Assembly: GCA_004764695.1 (NCBI GenBank)
Contig: SMSO01000032.1
Coordinates: 372,001-436,000 of the forward strand
Length of the DNA: 64,000 nucleotides
Direction: 5' to 3'
From: Schizochytrium sp. TIO01
Taxonomy: Eukaryota > Protista > Bigyra: Labyrinthulomycetes
Position 1 is the stretch's first letter, and every line of letters begins with the position of its first letter. Below the pieces are notes generated by a model. That model saw only the letters and a program-made list of their open reading frames with translations, was not told the origin of the DNA and did not search any database. The position numbers and the translations under genes are program-made. Positions 1-12,157 of the stretch are shown one piece after another.

Positions 1-603
1 CGGTCTGCAGGTCAGCCAGCCTATGCATTCCGAGCCCAGGGATTCTGGCAAGAAGGACTGCCGGCAATCAACTCGAGCCTATGCGATCTAGTGCAATGGC
101 AAATGGCAGGCTGCCAGCTAGGCGCTGTACCTGATAATCACGCTGTGCTTTTCAGTGCACCTGTTTCTTGAGCTGGTCTTCTTGTTTTATCTCATTTTTT
201 AAGGGAGGTTTCTTACTAATTTATGGGTTTTTTAACGTGCACGCGCTGCCGAAAATTATATAGCTATACTAGGACCTCTATAGGACTCGGAGCAAGGCCA
301 ACGGGACTTCCTCCGCTTTTCCCTCCCTTTCCCACAGGTTTCACATTACCGGACTATATATTAAGTAATATATCTAAGATATTAAACTCACTGTTGGGCG
401 GTAATATAAGCGCCCCAGGACGTGCCGGCTTGGCTTTCTCCACTTTGCGGAGTTTGTTTTACTTTTCATTCAATGTTTCTTTGATTTGTGGACTGCTTAG
501 GTTTTGCAAGATCGACGGTGGGGTCTCTCTCCTGCGCAGAGATGCCGATGGCGTGGGCTTTAACTCTAAGTATCTGCAGCGCTTGACGGCATGAGCATTG
601 ACT

Positions 604-636
604 CTCTGTTTGTCTGTCTGCCCGTCTGTCTGCCTT

Positions 637-678
<42 letters not shown>
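604..678 (+). repeat. (TCTG)n tetranucleotide microsatellite
   Basis: Directly visible ctctgtttgtctgtctgcccgtctgtctg...(tctg)n run; it explains the spurious TDRQ-repeat ORFs. Confidence 0.95.
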
Positions 679-1171
679 AAGTGGAAGTGTCTGTCTCTTC
701 AATTTCTTTTCCTTTGAATATGATGATTATGTACGATAATGCTGAATAAATAGATGAATGAAATTCTCTTTTCTTTCACTTGACTGGAATAAATGGAATC
801 ACGAACTGGAATAAATTGGAATGAAGTGCAATGTATGGAATAAAATCAACATTTTTTCACCTTCGTTGATTCTCAAGTATTCGTGGGCTTGACTCATTCC
901 ATGCACGCACCAGCATGATGCAAACCTGAAAGGCGACGCTGGCGAGGCGCGCTTGCCTTCGCGACCCGCTTCACGACCCGGAGCGGGACACACTTAGCAG
1001 CGATAGGGCTGGTCCACTCTTTCGCTTTGCTCTCCTTGTGAACTGGGTCCTCTCGTCCATTGCGCTGGTCGTGTGTGGACACCTACTCTACTTCTCGCCC
1101 AAAGGTAAACGATAGAACCAAACAAGCAAACAAACACATAAACCCGTAGCAAGCAATCGCACTGCTGCCTC

Positions 1172-1202
1172 TGCTGTTGTTGTTGTTGTTGTAGTTGTTG
1201 TA
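1172..1202 (+). repeat. (TGT)n trinucleotide microsatellite
   Basis: tgctgttgttgttgttgttgtagttgttgta. Confidence 0.9.
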
Positions 1203-1375
1203 GCTCACGTTCGTGTTGTGAGAGCAATTGACAATTATAAACTCCTGAGAGACCTGGCTTGACAAACGTGGGGACGTACTATTCCCAAACTCGCAGCAAA
1301 GAAACAATTTTCAGATCTGGGGACCTTGAACAGCTGGCTGCGCCAGATTAGCGCGGTGATCAACGACTCGTTACA

Positions 1376-4300
1376 ATGACGACCTCAAACTCGACGTGTA
1401 GTGGCTCTGCGTTCGTATGGGTCGAGGCAAACCAGCTTGCGCCAACATCACTGGACTGGAGTCTCAATGGTAAATACTCGCCAGCATTTAAGCGCGATGT
1501 GCTTAACCTTGTTATTCCTGCAATGACCTTGAGCGGACTCTCCCCTCGTATGTGCAGTGATGCGGCTGTGCTTGCCATTGTTACTCTCGAGAATGGAACC
1601 CAAGTCGAGTACTCCGGTGAATGGTCAGACAGAGAACGCGGTTATATTGTAGCTGCTTTGCCGGGCTCGCCACTTGGTACTGTGGATCTCTACATCGACG
1701 ACCGCTTCATTACGTCGCTCGACTACAACCCAATTGACTCAACACTAAAATTCCACATTATTTACACAATAATCGGTGTGCTTGCCTTAGCGCTTTTCTG
1801 GGTGCTCATGTTTATGGCAATTGACGTAATACGTAGATGGTGTAAGCGTCGTCACCAGCGTAAAGCAGAAGGCTCCTCGCGTATCCGTGCAGCTAAATCT
1901 CTCCACGGAGGAGACGAGGAGGAAGAAGAAGCCGACTCCGTCTCTATCGAACCTGATAGTTCACAACAAGTAGATATGACAAACACAAACTTATTGCGTC
2001 AGGGAACTACCAAGCGCACGCCAGAAATGCAGCAGAAAGCAATCAAGGAAATCCGTGCGGCTGCACTTGTGAAATTCCGTCAATTCCTACCTGAAGACCC
2101 TATGGCCGTAGCTGTTTGGCTCGAAACTAGTGTCTGTCATCTTGAAGATTTCGAAGAGTGTTATGGCATTACGCTTTACGACATCGCGCGACAGACCCAC
2201 CGCTACCTCCTGGAGAAGTTGCGGCCGGGCGGCACCAAGAGTATGAGCTGGGATCAGCCGGACTGGAGTAACATGTCTCTCTTACAGGATGGTTACTTCT
2301 TCGTCATTGTGGTGATGGCCGAGCTTGTTCTTCAAGGTTTCACAGGTTCTGGTATTTTTACCAGTGAACAAATGAATCAGGGAGTCAAAAACGTCATGAC
2401 AATTGGTCTTGCCGTGGGACTCATTTTTGCACTACCATTTATGATGTCGATGAGTCGCAATGCATCCCCGTACCTTTACCAGCTTGTGCTGCCTAGTGTC
2501 CCTACAGTTCTATGCCGCGACCTGACAGGTGGAATCATTTGTTCATGCACGGGTGGTCTTCTTTCTTTCCTTATCTCGCTTTTTATGAAGCGATGGTTCG
2601 CTCTTGAAGCTTTTCTCGTAGCGCTGTTCTCGATTGGGTTCAGTCTTTTCATGCTCGTTGCAACAATGCTTTATCTGTTTCGAGTTCCTGACCCACATGT
2701 ACAACTTCCAGGTGGACGAAACCCTTTCTTTATGTTCTTTGTAGTAGGGATTTTGATGGTTCCGTTCATTCTCAACCAATTGATTGTGGTTTACTCACAA
2801 TATTTTTGGATTGGAATGCATGTAGCAGCGATGTTTGCTGCGGTCTTTGCAATGTGTGTACGCATCAAAATGCTGTCACGGGCATGGAACCTGTGGCTTC
2901 CTCGCCTACTAAGATTAGCGTCAGAGATGAAGGGCGGGAATATTTCTGAAAAGGTTGCAAAACGTTCTCGCGCAGATCGCGAAGAGGCACTGTGGATCGT
3001 AAACCGCAAAGAACCTGACCGGGATGAGTGGAAGCGGTACCCTGAGACAGAGAGTGGAGGGTTCTGGGAATACTTTGGAATGGCCATGGAAGATGTGCGC
3101 AAATACAATATTGGAACCCCTGAAAGACGCTCTGGCGAGCTTTTCGACGCGAATGTGAATGAAATTATCCATGGTGTTATGTACTTTGTAATCCTTGCTT
3201 TCTCGGCCGTACCGCTCTACTTTGCGCAAGGAACCTCAAGCATTGTTTCTCGCGGTGTGATGTATGCTATGATTGCTTTCCTCCTTTCCGCTGGTACTAT
3301 TGAGCTCTTTGTTGTCCGGATTGCAAATGCAAAACAGAAAGAGAATCACGAGCTGTTGATCCCAGCAAGTAAGCGAATCGTTCGATCAGTGGAGCAGAAG
3401 ATGCATCACGCCCGTCTACAGGCATACGGAGAGGTCATCTGCGACTTCCAGCTGGTGGTACTTCGGTGGTTCGTTCTTGCGACGACATGTATCTACCTTG
3501 TTGAACCATCCGCATTGTTTATCGCGTTGCCATTCTCTACAGGTTACAATCTGGTTCTCTTTGCAATGATTTCGCGCATGTTTCTAAGTGGTTATGCAGA
3601 CCGTGCTCATGTAGCTGTTGTTGTGGGTATTGCTGTGGGGCTAGTTGTTTTTGGGCTCTTTTCTCTTGTCATTTCTTTCTCTACGCAGATTGCTCCACTT
3701 GTCGTGGCCACATGCCTTGCTGTTCGTGTTTTACGTTACATGGCTTTAACTTATGCGACACTGGACAGCTCTTCATCCTCCCTCATTTCCAATATGCTTA
3801 TGGATATTTCTCGCGCGACATTTGTGCACCTCATTCTTACCATATCGACGGCAATTCTTTGCTTCTGGGGTGGCGAAGCAGCCATGCTTCAGATCAACCA
3901 GTCTTTTTTCTCGGAGGCAACTACGAAGTCATCTGTGTTGGTGTTTGTAGTAGCTCTTGTGGCAACGTTTCTGGCGAACTTTGTAGTGTATGGCTTCTAT
4001 CCATTCATGCGCTTGTTTTGTCTCCGCAGTCTGGTTGAGTGGGAAGAGCTTGTTGAGTACCGTGTAACATGTTTTCTCGGCTTTCTTGCAGGATTTGTAT
4101 ACCTCTATCTCTCTGCGCTTGCTCTAGGTGCTTTGCTCGGCTTTGTTTCTGCCACTATTATTTATGCGCATACTGTGCGCCACTTGGTCATGCAACCACG
4201 TAATACCTGGCACAACACGATTGACCCGAACGATATTCCCATGACAAGTGGTAAGCGAATTCTTGATGGTGGTGGCTTGACCCAGGTTAAGCCTGAGATC

Positions 4301-7300
4301 CGGGAGCAGCAGCTTGCTGAGAAATTAAAAAAGGGTACCATCAATGCTGTACCACTCCTGTTTGAGAATGGTGGTCTCGGTGATCAGGTTCTTGACTTCA
4401 TTGATCGCAAGCGCCACCTCTTCACGCGCAGCTCACTTTGCGCAATTAATCCAAACGCTGGAGCTACAACGAATGATGTCAACTATGATTACCGGGCAAC
4501 TGCGGAGGATGAGGAGAGAACTTTTCTTCAGGGTATTATTTTCAATCTTTTGGAAACCCTCATCTCAGAATGCCGGACTGGCAATACATTTGTCTATCTA
4601 TGTGACGCCAATGTTCTCTACCGTGAGGGCTTTGTTGCTATGGGTATTCGCCGCAAGCAAGTAAACAGTCGTCTAACTGGTGGAGCAGTAAGCAGCTTGT
4701 CTAACCCTAAAACCCAGCAAGCTGCACAAGCAGCTACGGAATCTACAGGTCAGCGTGGGTTAATGGTGACCAAGAATGGCACCACATGGCGAGCTTCTCC
4801 ACTGTGGCGTGAACAAGCGACTAATCGCTTGAATATTTACATTGGTGTTGATCCGTCTCTGCTACGGATGCGTGATCAAACTCTGCCTGACCAAGAAGAA
4901 AGTACTGACATGGCACTAGGTCGCATTGCTGAGTGCATGTTGCACGAATTTGTCGAAGATAATACACGCAGTCACTCGCTTGCTGTTGTGTCTGAGCTTG
5001 CGATGTTAGAGGCACGCCGAGATGGTTTCTTGCCGCGTACAACTCGCTGGCAGCTGGAGCGCATGGCGCACACCCGTCAAGATCGTCTGAAGCACATCTT
5101 CGAACAAACTGAGTCTGAGGTAGAACGTCGAAATGCTAATGCGAAGCGATTACCCGTTGGCTGGCGTTTTGATAAAACTTCCTGGGTTGAAACATGCTCT
5201 GTCGAGAAGGAACTTGCTTTAGAAATTGGTGACTACTGCGAGACCTTAATACGCACATCGTCAAGAGCGTCCTTTTTCAGATTGTGTCATCTCGACTTCT
5301 ACCGCTGGGCTCATGCGTGGACTGCCTCTTCATTTCGTCTTTGGTACATTGGTTTGCGTGGAGACATGCAAGTGCATCGTGAGGTTTGCGCCGACCTTAA
5401 ACACAGAGGTATTACTCCTGGAGTATTAAGTTCTTTCTACTTGCTCCTGTTGGTGAACAGATACCTAGCACATCCTTTATTTGAGGCAAATATTAAAACC
5501 TTTGCATGGTCTTGCACACCTCTTTATTTGCAAATGAAACATCGTAGTGCTCGTGGAGCACTCAAACCAGCCCACCCTTCTCTCAAACTGGACGATCCAG
5601 CAGTTTGCAAAGCGCTTCTTAAATTGAGGCCTGAGGCTCGGCCAACCTTGTTTGAAGTTCATGAGGTCAAAGATGACGGGCAGACTATGGTACCAGGAAT
5701 GTTGACGAGTATCATTGATGAAATGATCCTTATTCGTCACCCGGAGATCAAGCCATACTGGAAGGAACGCTGGCAAATGTGTCGTGGTAAATTGCCTTTT
5801 CTCAAGTTTTCTCGAAACACTGAGCGACTTGTGGTCAAAATTTTGCACCCACCCTCCAAAACTATGGAAAAAACAACGCTTGCCCATACCCCGCAAGACC
5901 TTCTCATCATGGGTGGTGCAAATTCTAGCCACAATACGATCTACCCAGCTCGTCCCGATAAGGTAGACGTCGTAATCGATGCTTCTGCTACGCTCTTCTA
6001 TGTGTCTGGTGGTGTGACAACTTGTCTCATGCAGCTCATTAACCATAAGGGTGTCAACCAGGACTTCAATTTGCATGTTCTCGCAGAGGTTGCCTCGAAT
6101 GCCATTCCTCGCATCGCTGCTCCTACACCCTGCGTTGCCTCAATCCACCCTATTCCTCTCCATGATGTAACAAGCTCCCCAGAGTCTTCTATTCACTCGA
6201 ACAGGCCCTACTATGATCTGGCGCTTCGCAAAGAGCGCACAACTACGTGGGTATTGCGTGCTCGCTTTCACCCCTTGCTTCGCGAGCTTATTCGTGGCTG
6301 CTGTGAACTGCAAGGTGTAGATGATCGATCATCGCAAGGTCAATGAATACTTTTCTGAGGTGGTTGTTGCTCTTTATGAGTTCTTTGAGCAGTATGATTG
6401 GAATACGGCCTGGACCGACGGTCTGACTTGGCGCGTATGGGTACAGACTTGGCTCACTATATTGGAAGAAAAGCCTAAGTCTGTGCAACGCCTGTGGTTA
6501 CCATCTCTGCCAGGCCTGCAAGAGTCCCTGATCTTCTTTTCGCAGACGCTGCGGTCTCTATGCTGCGAACTTCCACGCGCTGATCTATACCACTCATCCC
6601 ACCACGGTATTGGTGCGCTAAAGGCAATCGTGCATAAGCAGCGATTCAAATCTCGCGTCATTGTATGGGATCATGGAATTTTACTTCGCGAGCGTTTGGA
6701 TGCTTTGTGTGCAGATGATTGTTTGCTAAACCCCTTCACGCGTAACGCAATTATTGGTCTAACTCGCCTTTCGGCCCGTTTGGTCTACAACACGGCAGAC
6801 TTAATTTGCCCTTGTACAGATACCAACATGTACAGATCATGGATTTGTCTCATTGCTGGTCGCCCATCCCACGGCCAGTTTGCCAAGCGTATTAAGCCAA
6901 TTTCGAACGGTACAGAACCTCTCGATGGTCAGCTGCAGTACAAGCCAATCGAGGGTTTCTTTGAGAGTCCTGCGCTTAACGAGGCTACAGGACCGGTGCA
7001 TGACCCGGACCATGTGCATGCTGTTGCCTTGTCCCATGTCCTGAGAATCAAGGACATTGTCAATGCCATCAAAGCTGCCCATCACATTGTCCACGTACGT
7101 GGAATGACTGTGTATCGCCTTCACATTTTTGGTGGTCTTGACAAGGATCCCAAGTATACATCCGAGTGTAAACAAGCTATCCATGATCTAAAGTTAGAGG
7201 AGTATGTTGTGTTGCACGGTCTGGGTGCAAAGCTCGTTGTACTCGGCAAAGCGGATATCTTTATCAACTCCTCCTACAGTGAGGGTCTTCCGATGGCTGT

Positions 7301-8624
7301 TCTTGAGGCCGAAATGGCTCACCTTCCCGTTTGCTGTACCGATGTTGGTGGATCCCGTCAGGCAGTCCCAGACGGTCGCTCCCGAGCACCTCCTCGTGAT
7401 CCAGTCAGTCTGGGTAATGCTCAAATTCTCACTTTGTGTGGCTACATTAATGAGACAGATGACAGCAAGTTGAATGATCTTGTCTTGAGTGACAAAGCTC
7501 GCCGTGGCCGTGAGCGCATTGGTGAGGATAACTATACCCTAGTGATGCGGAACCATCAAGAGGATGATACCTATGATAAGCATCACGATGTGATGTTGCA
7601 GTATGCTACAGCACTTGAGGACCCCACAGGCGTAAAATTCAACCCACCCCCGTACAGTGTGAAGGTCTTTAGTCCAATTAATGTGCAGGTACCCACTACA
7701 GGCCCTTCAAGCGAGGTCAGGCGGCAACGGCAAAAGGCCAAGCAGGCGGCAAAGAAGAAAAAGAAGACAAAGAGTGAGAAGCAACGGGTCAGTGGTCATC
7801 AGAGCATAGCATCTTCGCAATTCTCCTTGCCTAAGTCTATTACAAGTAGCTTGTTCCGCCGTCAAGACTCCTCGCATAGCCACATGACCGATGATGACGA
7901 TGATGATGTGGAGGACGATGAGGACATCGAGCGTGGTGCTGGCGACCGTGACAATGGTACGCCTTTGGATGACCTCACGCCTCGTGTTGTGCAGCGCAGC
8001 GCAATGGCTCTGGATATGGATTACCTTCATAATGTCAGGAATGGCTCACACCACCCTGATGTAGAACTTTCAGCAAGCGATGCTGAGGCCATGTACGGCC
8101 GTGCTCAGCGACTTTCCTCGACCACTGCTTCTTCTGCAAACGTATCATTGCGCAGGCCGGTCTCCACGATGTTCGCTGTGTTCCGTACATCTGCAGATGC
8201 CTCAAGCATGCCGAGTCGAAAGGATGATATTCGGCCGGTGACTTCAAATGCTTCTGCACCATCTCGATCCAATGACGTTCCACCTTCACAACAATCGACA
8301 CTGCAGCGTGCTGCTGAGCTGCTTGATATTGATGACGACGATGCATCACACGCAACAAGAGGTTCCGCTTCACGCATCAGCGCAGGCCTTCTTTCACTAT
8401 TTCGCACATCAACTACATCCCATCATAAGGAAGACAAGCAGCGTAAGCAGGAGCAACCATCTGCCCACGTTGGCCCTGATCAGCCTACAACGCAAATGAC
8501 CATCCGCACTCGCCGAAACTCTGAAGAGTCTGTCGATTTAGAGCGAGGAATCTACACATCTTCGCACCATGGTGGCAAAGGAGAAGATGACTATGATGAC
8601 TCTTCTTCTGATGACGGCCACTAA
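1376..8624 (+). CDS. Giant polytopic membrane protein (PelG-like exporter region) fused to a C-terminal PelF/DUF3492-type GT4 glycosyltransferase; Gtb3-like exopolysaccharide synthase, about 2,400 aa. Reading frame is broken (+1) at 6321-6346.
   Basis: ORF 1376-6346 has many hydrophobic helices and ends in DVVIDASATLFYVSGGVTTCLMQLI, which resembles the PelF N-terminus (EGTYPYVSGGVSSW). ORF 6321-8624 continues with IVWDHGILLRER (PelF LTEHGIYxRER) and the GT4 E-x7-E motif SSYSEGLPMAVLEA...TDVGG, followed by a disordered tail. Confidence 0.85.
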
Positions 8625-9275
8625 ATTATTTGTCTTAGTGAAGTCTTTATAATACCAATTTTGTGTTTGTGTTATTCAATCACGCTGCATGATACTGCGC
8701 CTTTGCTTATTCTGCTTTGTAGCCGGAACAATCACACATGACACCCTCAATCCCTAAGTATGTGCGAACAGATGCCTTCTTATTTACTGTTGACCCACTC
8801 ATCAACTCAATGTGTGTGTATAATAAGTTGTGATTTAAGACAAACTCCATGGCAGGGGAGCTCAAGTTGAAGTCGTTTTTATTGCTCATCAAGGTCATTC
8901 CTTAAAAGAGAAATGGATGATGAGACTCGGGAATCGCATCAATATTCATTTTAAAAGAGACACACATATTTAATTGATTTTTTAAAAAAATTGAAGAAAC
9001 CTTGGAGGCAGAAATGCACTACACAGACGCTTGCGTCTATCCCTACTTTGTCTACATACCAGACGAGAAGTCTAGACGGAAGTACACAGAACATATCAGG
9101 ATTGAGTAGTAGGCATAAAACAACGCCTCAGTTTGGCATCTTCTTTCGCCCATTTAAAAAATAAAGGGAAAGAAAACAAGGTAAGAACAGATGAATTTGA
9201 GAGCGCCGTTGTGCCACTTAAGTCATCATTCGATGACTTCAGTCGCCTAATAGGACCTGAAGACTTCACACGGGC

Positions 9276-11523
9276 TTAGTAGGTGTCGACCTTGGTGGTA
9301 AGGGCCTCTTCGGTAGCGGAAGGACGAGCTAAGCACGACGCAACGAGCACAACGATGCCGCCAATGACGGAAAGTGCAATGCCAACAAGAGCCTCGATCT
9401 GGCCAGTGTAAGCTGCGTAGTATGTCTCGTAGTCCACCTTGGTGCCACCAACCTCCTGGTACACAGGGGCACTGCGCACAACGAGAAGAGCCGCGAGAAG
9501 AAGCACTCCTCCAAGGATAGAGAATGCACCTCCAACTACAGCGACAATAGTCTTGTTGAGAAATGCAGCAGCGACACTAACAATGACTCCGACAAACATC
9601 ATTGCAATCGAGGCGGCTAGAATCTTTTGGGCCTGGGAGAACTTCTCACGATCAGTGTTGTCATCATTGCAATCTGCGATGGTCTCATTGCGAGTAGACC
9701 CAGTGCCAGGGAGCGCAGTCTCCACCTCGGAGATGAGTGAAGATGTTAACGAATCAAGTGTCGGATAGTTCAAGGCAGCAGCCATGGCAAGCACACATCC
9801 AGAGCGAGTGGAGACGGCAGCACATACGGAGTTTATGATCACGTTAGCCACGTACAGCCCCTCCGTAGTGGAGGAGCTTGGGTCAGAAGCAGCAGAGTTG
9901 AAGTAAGTGGCGTTGATAAAACTGCGAAATGTCATGGTGCTGTCACACTCATATGGGTAGCCGGACACCTCGATACCGCCGCAAAGAGCATAGCCAGCGC
10001 TATCGAGATCCTCAGGAACGACACCCTGCTCACCACCACTCGGGTTAAGGAGGTAGTTCTTGAGCTCAGTGGTGGTCATCTGCAATTGAGAACCAGTTTC
10101 AAGGATGACCTGGAACGCAGGCAGAGCAGCATAAATGGTGCTCAGAAAAGATTCATCAAGATTGTAGCTGGCGAGAAGGGTGGCACCAAGCTGGCTGAGA
10201 ACATCCTCTGTGGCCACGGCCTTCAAAAGGTCAAGGTAGGTGCAGTCCACGGGAGCAGCACCTGCAATTGAAGTACTCTCAAAGAGATCAGAACCCGAGG
10301 CAGCCTCGCAAAGAGGGTAAGGATCCGTATCGTTGAGCCGAGGGAAAGGAGTGAGGTCGATGGTTCCACAGTCATCCAGGACACCGGAGTCACAAACATA
10401 GTACAGCACACCAACGGCCGGGACTAGGGAGTAGTCACTGGCACTATTGCTCACAGTATTCACAGTGGCAATAAAGCTGGTCAAGTTAAAGGATGTGCTG
10501 GTGAAGCCATTAGCATACTGGGTTAAAACACCTCCATAAATTTGGCTCCCGATGTAAGTGTAGTTGTCAGCGGAAAGAGCTTCTGCCGACAGAGCACCGT
10601 AGTAAAGAGACGCAATGGTTGTCATAACTGCGGTTACCAGCAGTTGCGCCAGAAACTTTAACGGTAGTGTTTGTGATGGAATCGTAGAGGTTAAAACCGC
10701 TCGAAAAGTTAGAAGCTTCTCCAGAGTAAACCGCATAGATAGAGAATAGAAAGTCTTCACTCAGGTAGTTACCGGCAGATCCTGCGATACTGGATGTAAA
10801 GATATTTCCAGCGTTTACGCCGCTTGCTAGACCATTGCTAGCAAGGTATACCTCAGCGCCAGAAGAACAAGCAGCAGTCGAAGTACAGCTCAGCTTGTCA
10901 GAACAACTTGCACCACAATACGCATTCTGGATACTGGAGATCGTCGAAGCGACGCCATGCGCAAGATATGCTGCACCACCAATTTGTGATTCCACACTAA
11001 GAACATTGCTATTAAAATCATCGTTGATGTAGGAGGAGAGAGCTGTGGGCACGCCATCAAGAGCAATGGTCAGAAGAGAGGCATATTCTTCGTAGCTAGA
11101 TGTAAGACTTGTGTCAAGGGAAGAAAACACGGTCTCAGTAGCATATTCTACAGCTGCGACATCAAAGACGCCGCCATCTGCGTAGAACTCTTCACACGTA
11201 GTAAAATTTTCCTTAGTAAGACCAACTGAAGAAAGAGCACCACCAAAACCTTCTTGGGCCGGGAAAAGTGGCCAGAATTCTGTGACAGGAGTCGTCACCT
11301 TTTCAAACACAGAATAGCTTGATTCAGCAGCAGAGCCAACTGTACATGCCGGGTCGAATGTGGCGGTGAAGAGTCCGAGAGTGCCTAAGAATTCCTCAGA
11401 GCACTTATCGATTGGGGGAAGCTCAACAACCACGAAATTTTCGCTGACGGCCACAACAATGACAATAATTGCTGCCACGAGACTTAGCGTGGAGCCTGCA
11501 AGGCCCACGATTTTCTGCACCAT
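9276..11523 (-). CDS. Claudin/PMP22/SUR7-topology 4-TM protein with a very large Cys-containing extracellular loop, about 750 aa. Reading frame is broken (+1) near 10630-10670.
   Basis: ATG at 11523 (MVQKIVG) is followed by TM1 and a GLF...C motif. ORF 9276-10760 supplies three C-terminal TM helices and has the same Ser/Thr/Tyr/Ala-rich composition. The two ORFs overlap and are offset by +1. Confidence 0.75.
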
Positions 11524-12109
11524 CTTTTTCCTTACTCCTTCGTATAAATTAACAATAAGAATAACCACTACACAAAACAATTAGCAGTGGCTTATTGTCT
11601 CACTCGCTAGGATTTTGTTTTTCCTCGATTGGGTGTTTCGAGTTTGCTGGGACCCTCGTGCTGCCGAGCTGCACAAGAGTTTTTATCACATTTACTTTTT
11701 TTAAAAGCATCTCTAATAAATAAATAAAAATAAAGATAAAAATTCTCCACGGTATGGCTCTTCAATAGAATCCCAAGCATCCAAAAAATGCACACGGGAA
11801 TAGAAAAGAAAAGGTTTGGCAATTTTAATTTAAAATAGAAATTAAAAAAAATAAAGTGTAGCAACTCTGATACCAATGCTTCACCAAACAGTCAAAAATT
11901 GACTTTGTCAAGGAGAAGATGCATTGACTCTGAGCGCATTTGCAAGATGAAGGAAGGAAATGAATATGGAGGATCATTTGTGTTATGTTACACAGACTGA
12001 AATTCCTCAGCATAAAAGGTGCTCACTTAAGCTCCTGCTTATTTTATTTTGACCCCTAATGTATTTTTAAAATATAAAACAACAATTTTTGCCAACCACA
12101 CTATCCATA

Positions 12110-12157
12110 TTTTTTAATTTTTTTTTATTTTTTCATTTAAAAAAAAAAAAAAAAAAA
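12110..12157. repeat. Poly-T tract immediately followed by a poly-A tract
   Basis: ttttttaatttttttttattttttcattt followed by a19. Confidence 0.85.

Noticed and set aside
223-1307. Short ORFs including TDRQ-repeat and poly-Q/poly-N peptides
   Set aside because: They are translations of (TCTG)n and (TGT)n microsatellites in a promoter or leader region.
6321-8624. Treating ORF 6321-8624 as a separate gene in a bacterial-style pel operon
   Set aside because: The PelF/DUF3492 domain begins in the upstream ORF and is cut mid-domain, and the context is eukaryotic.
12110-12157. Poly-T/poly-A hairpin as a terminator or retroelement tail
   Set aside because: No target-site duplication or element body is recognisable, and similar A/T tracts occur in other spacers.
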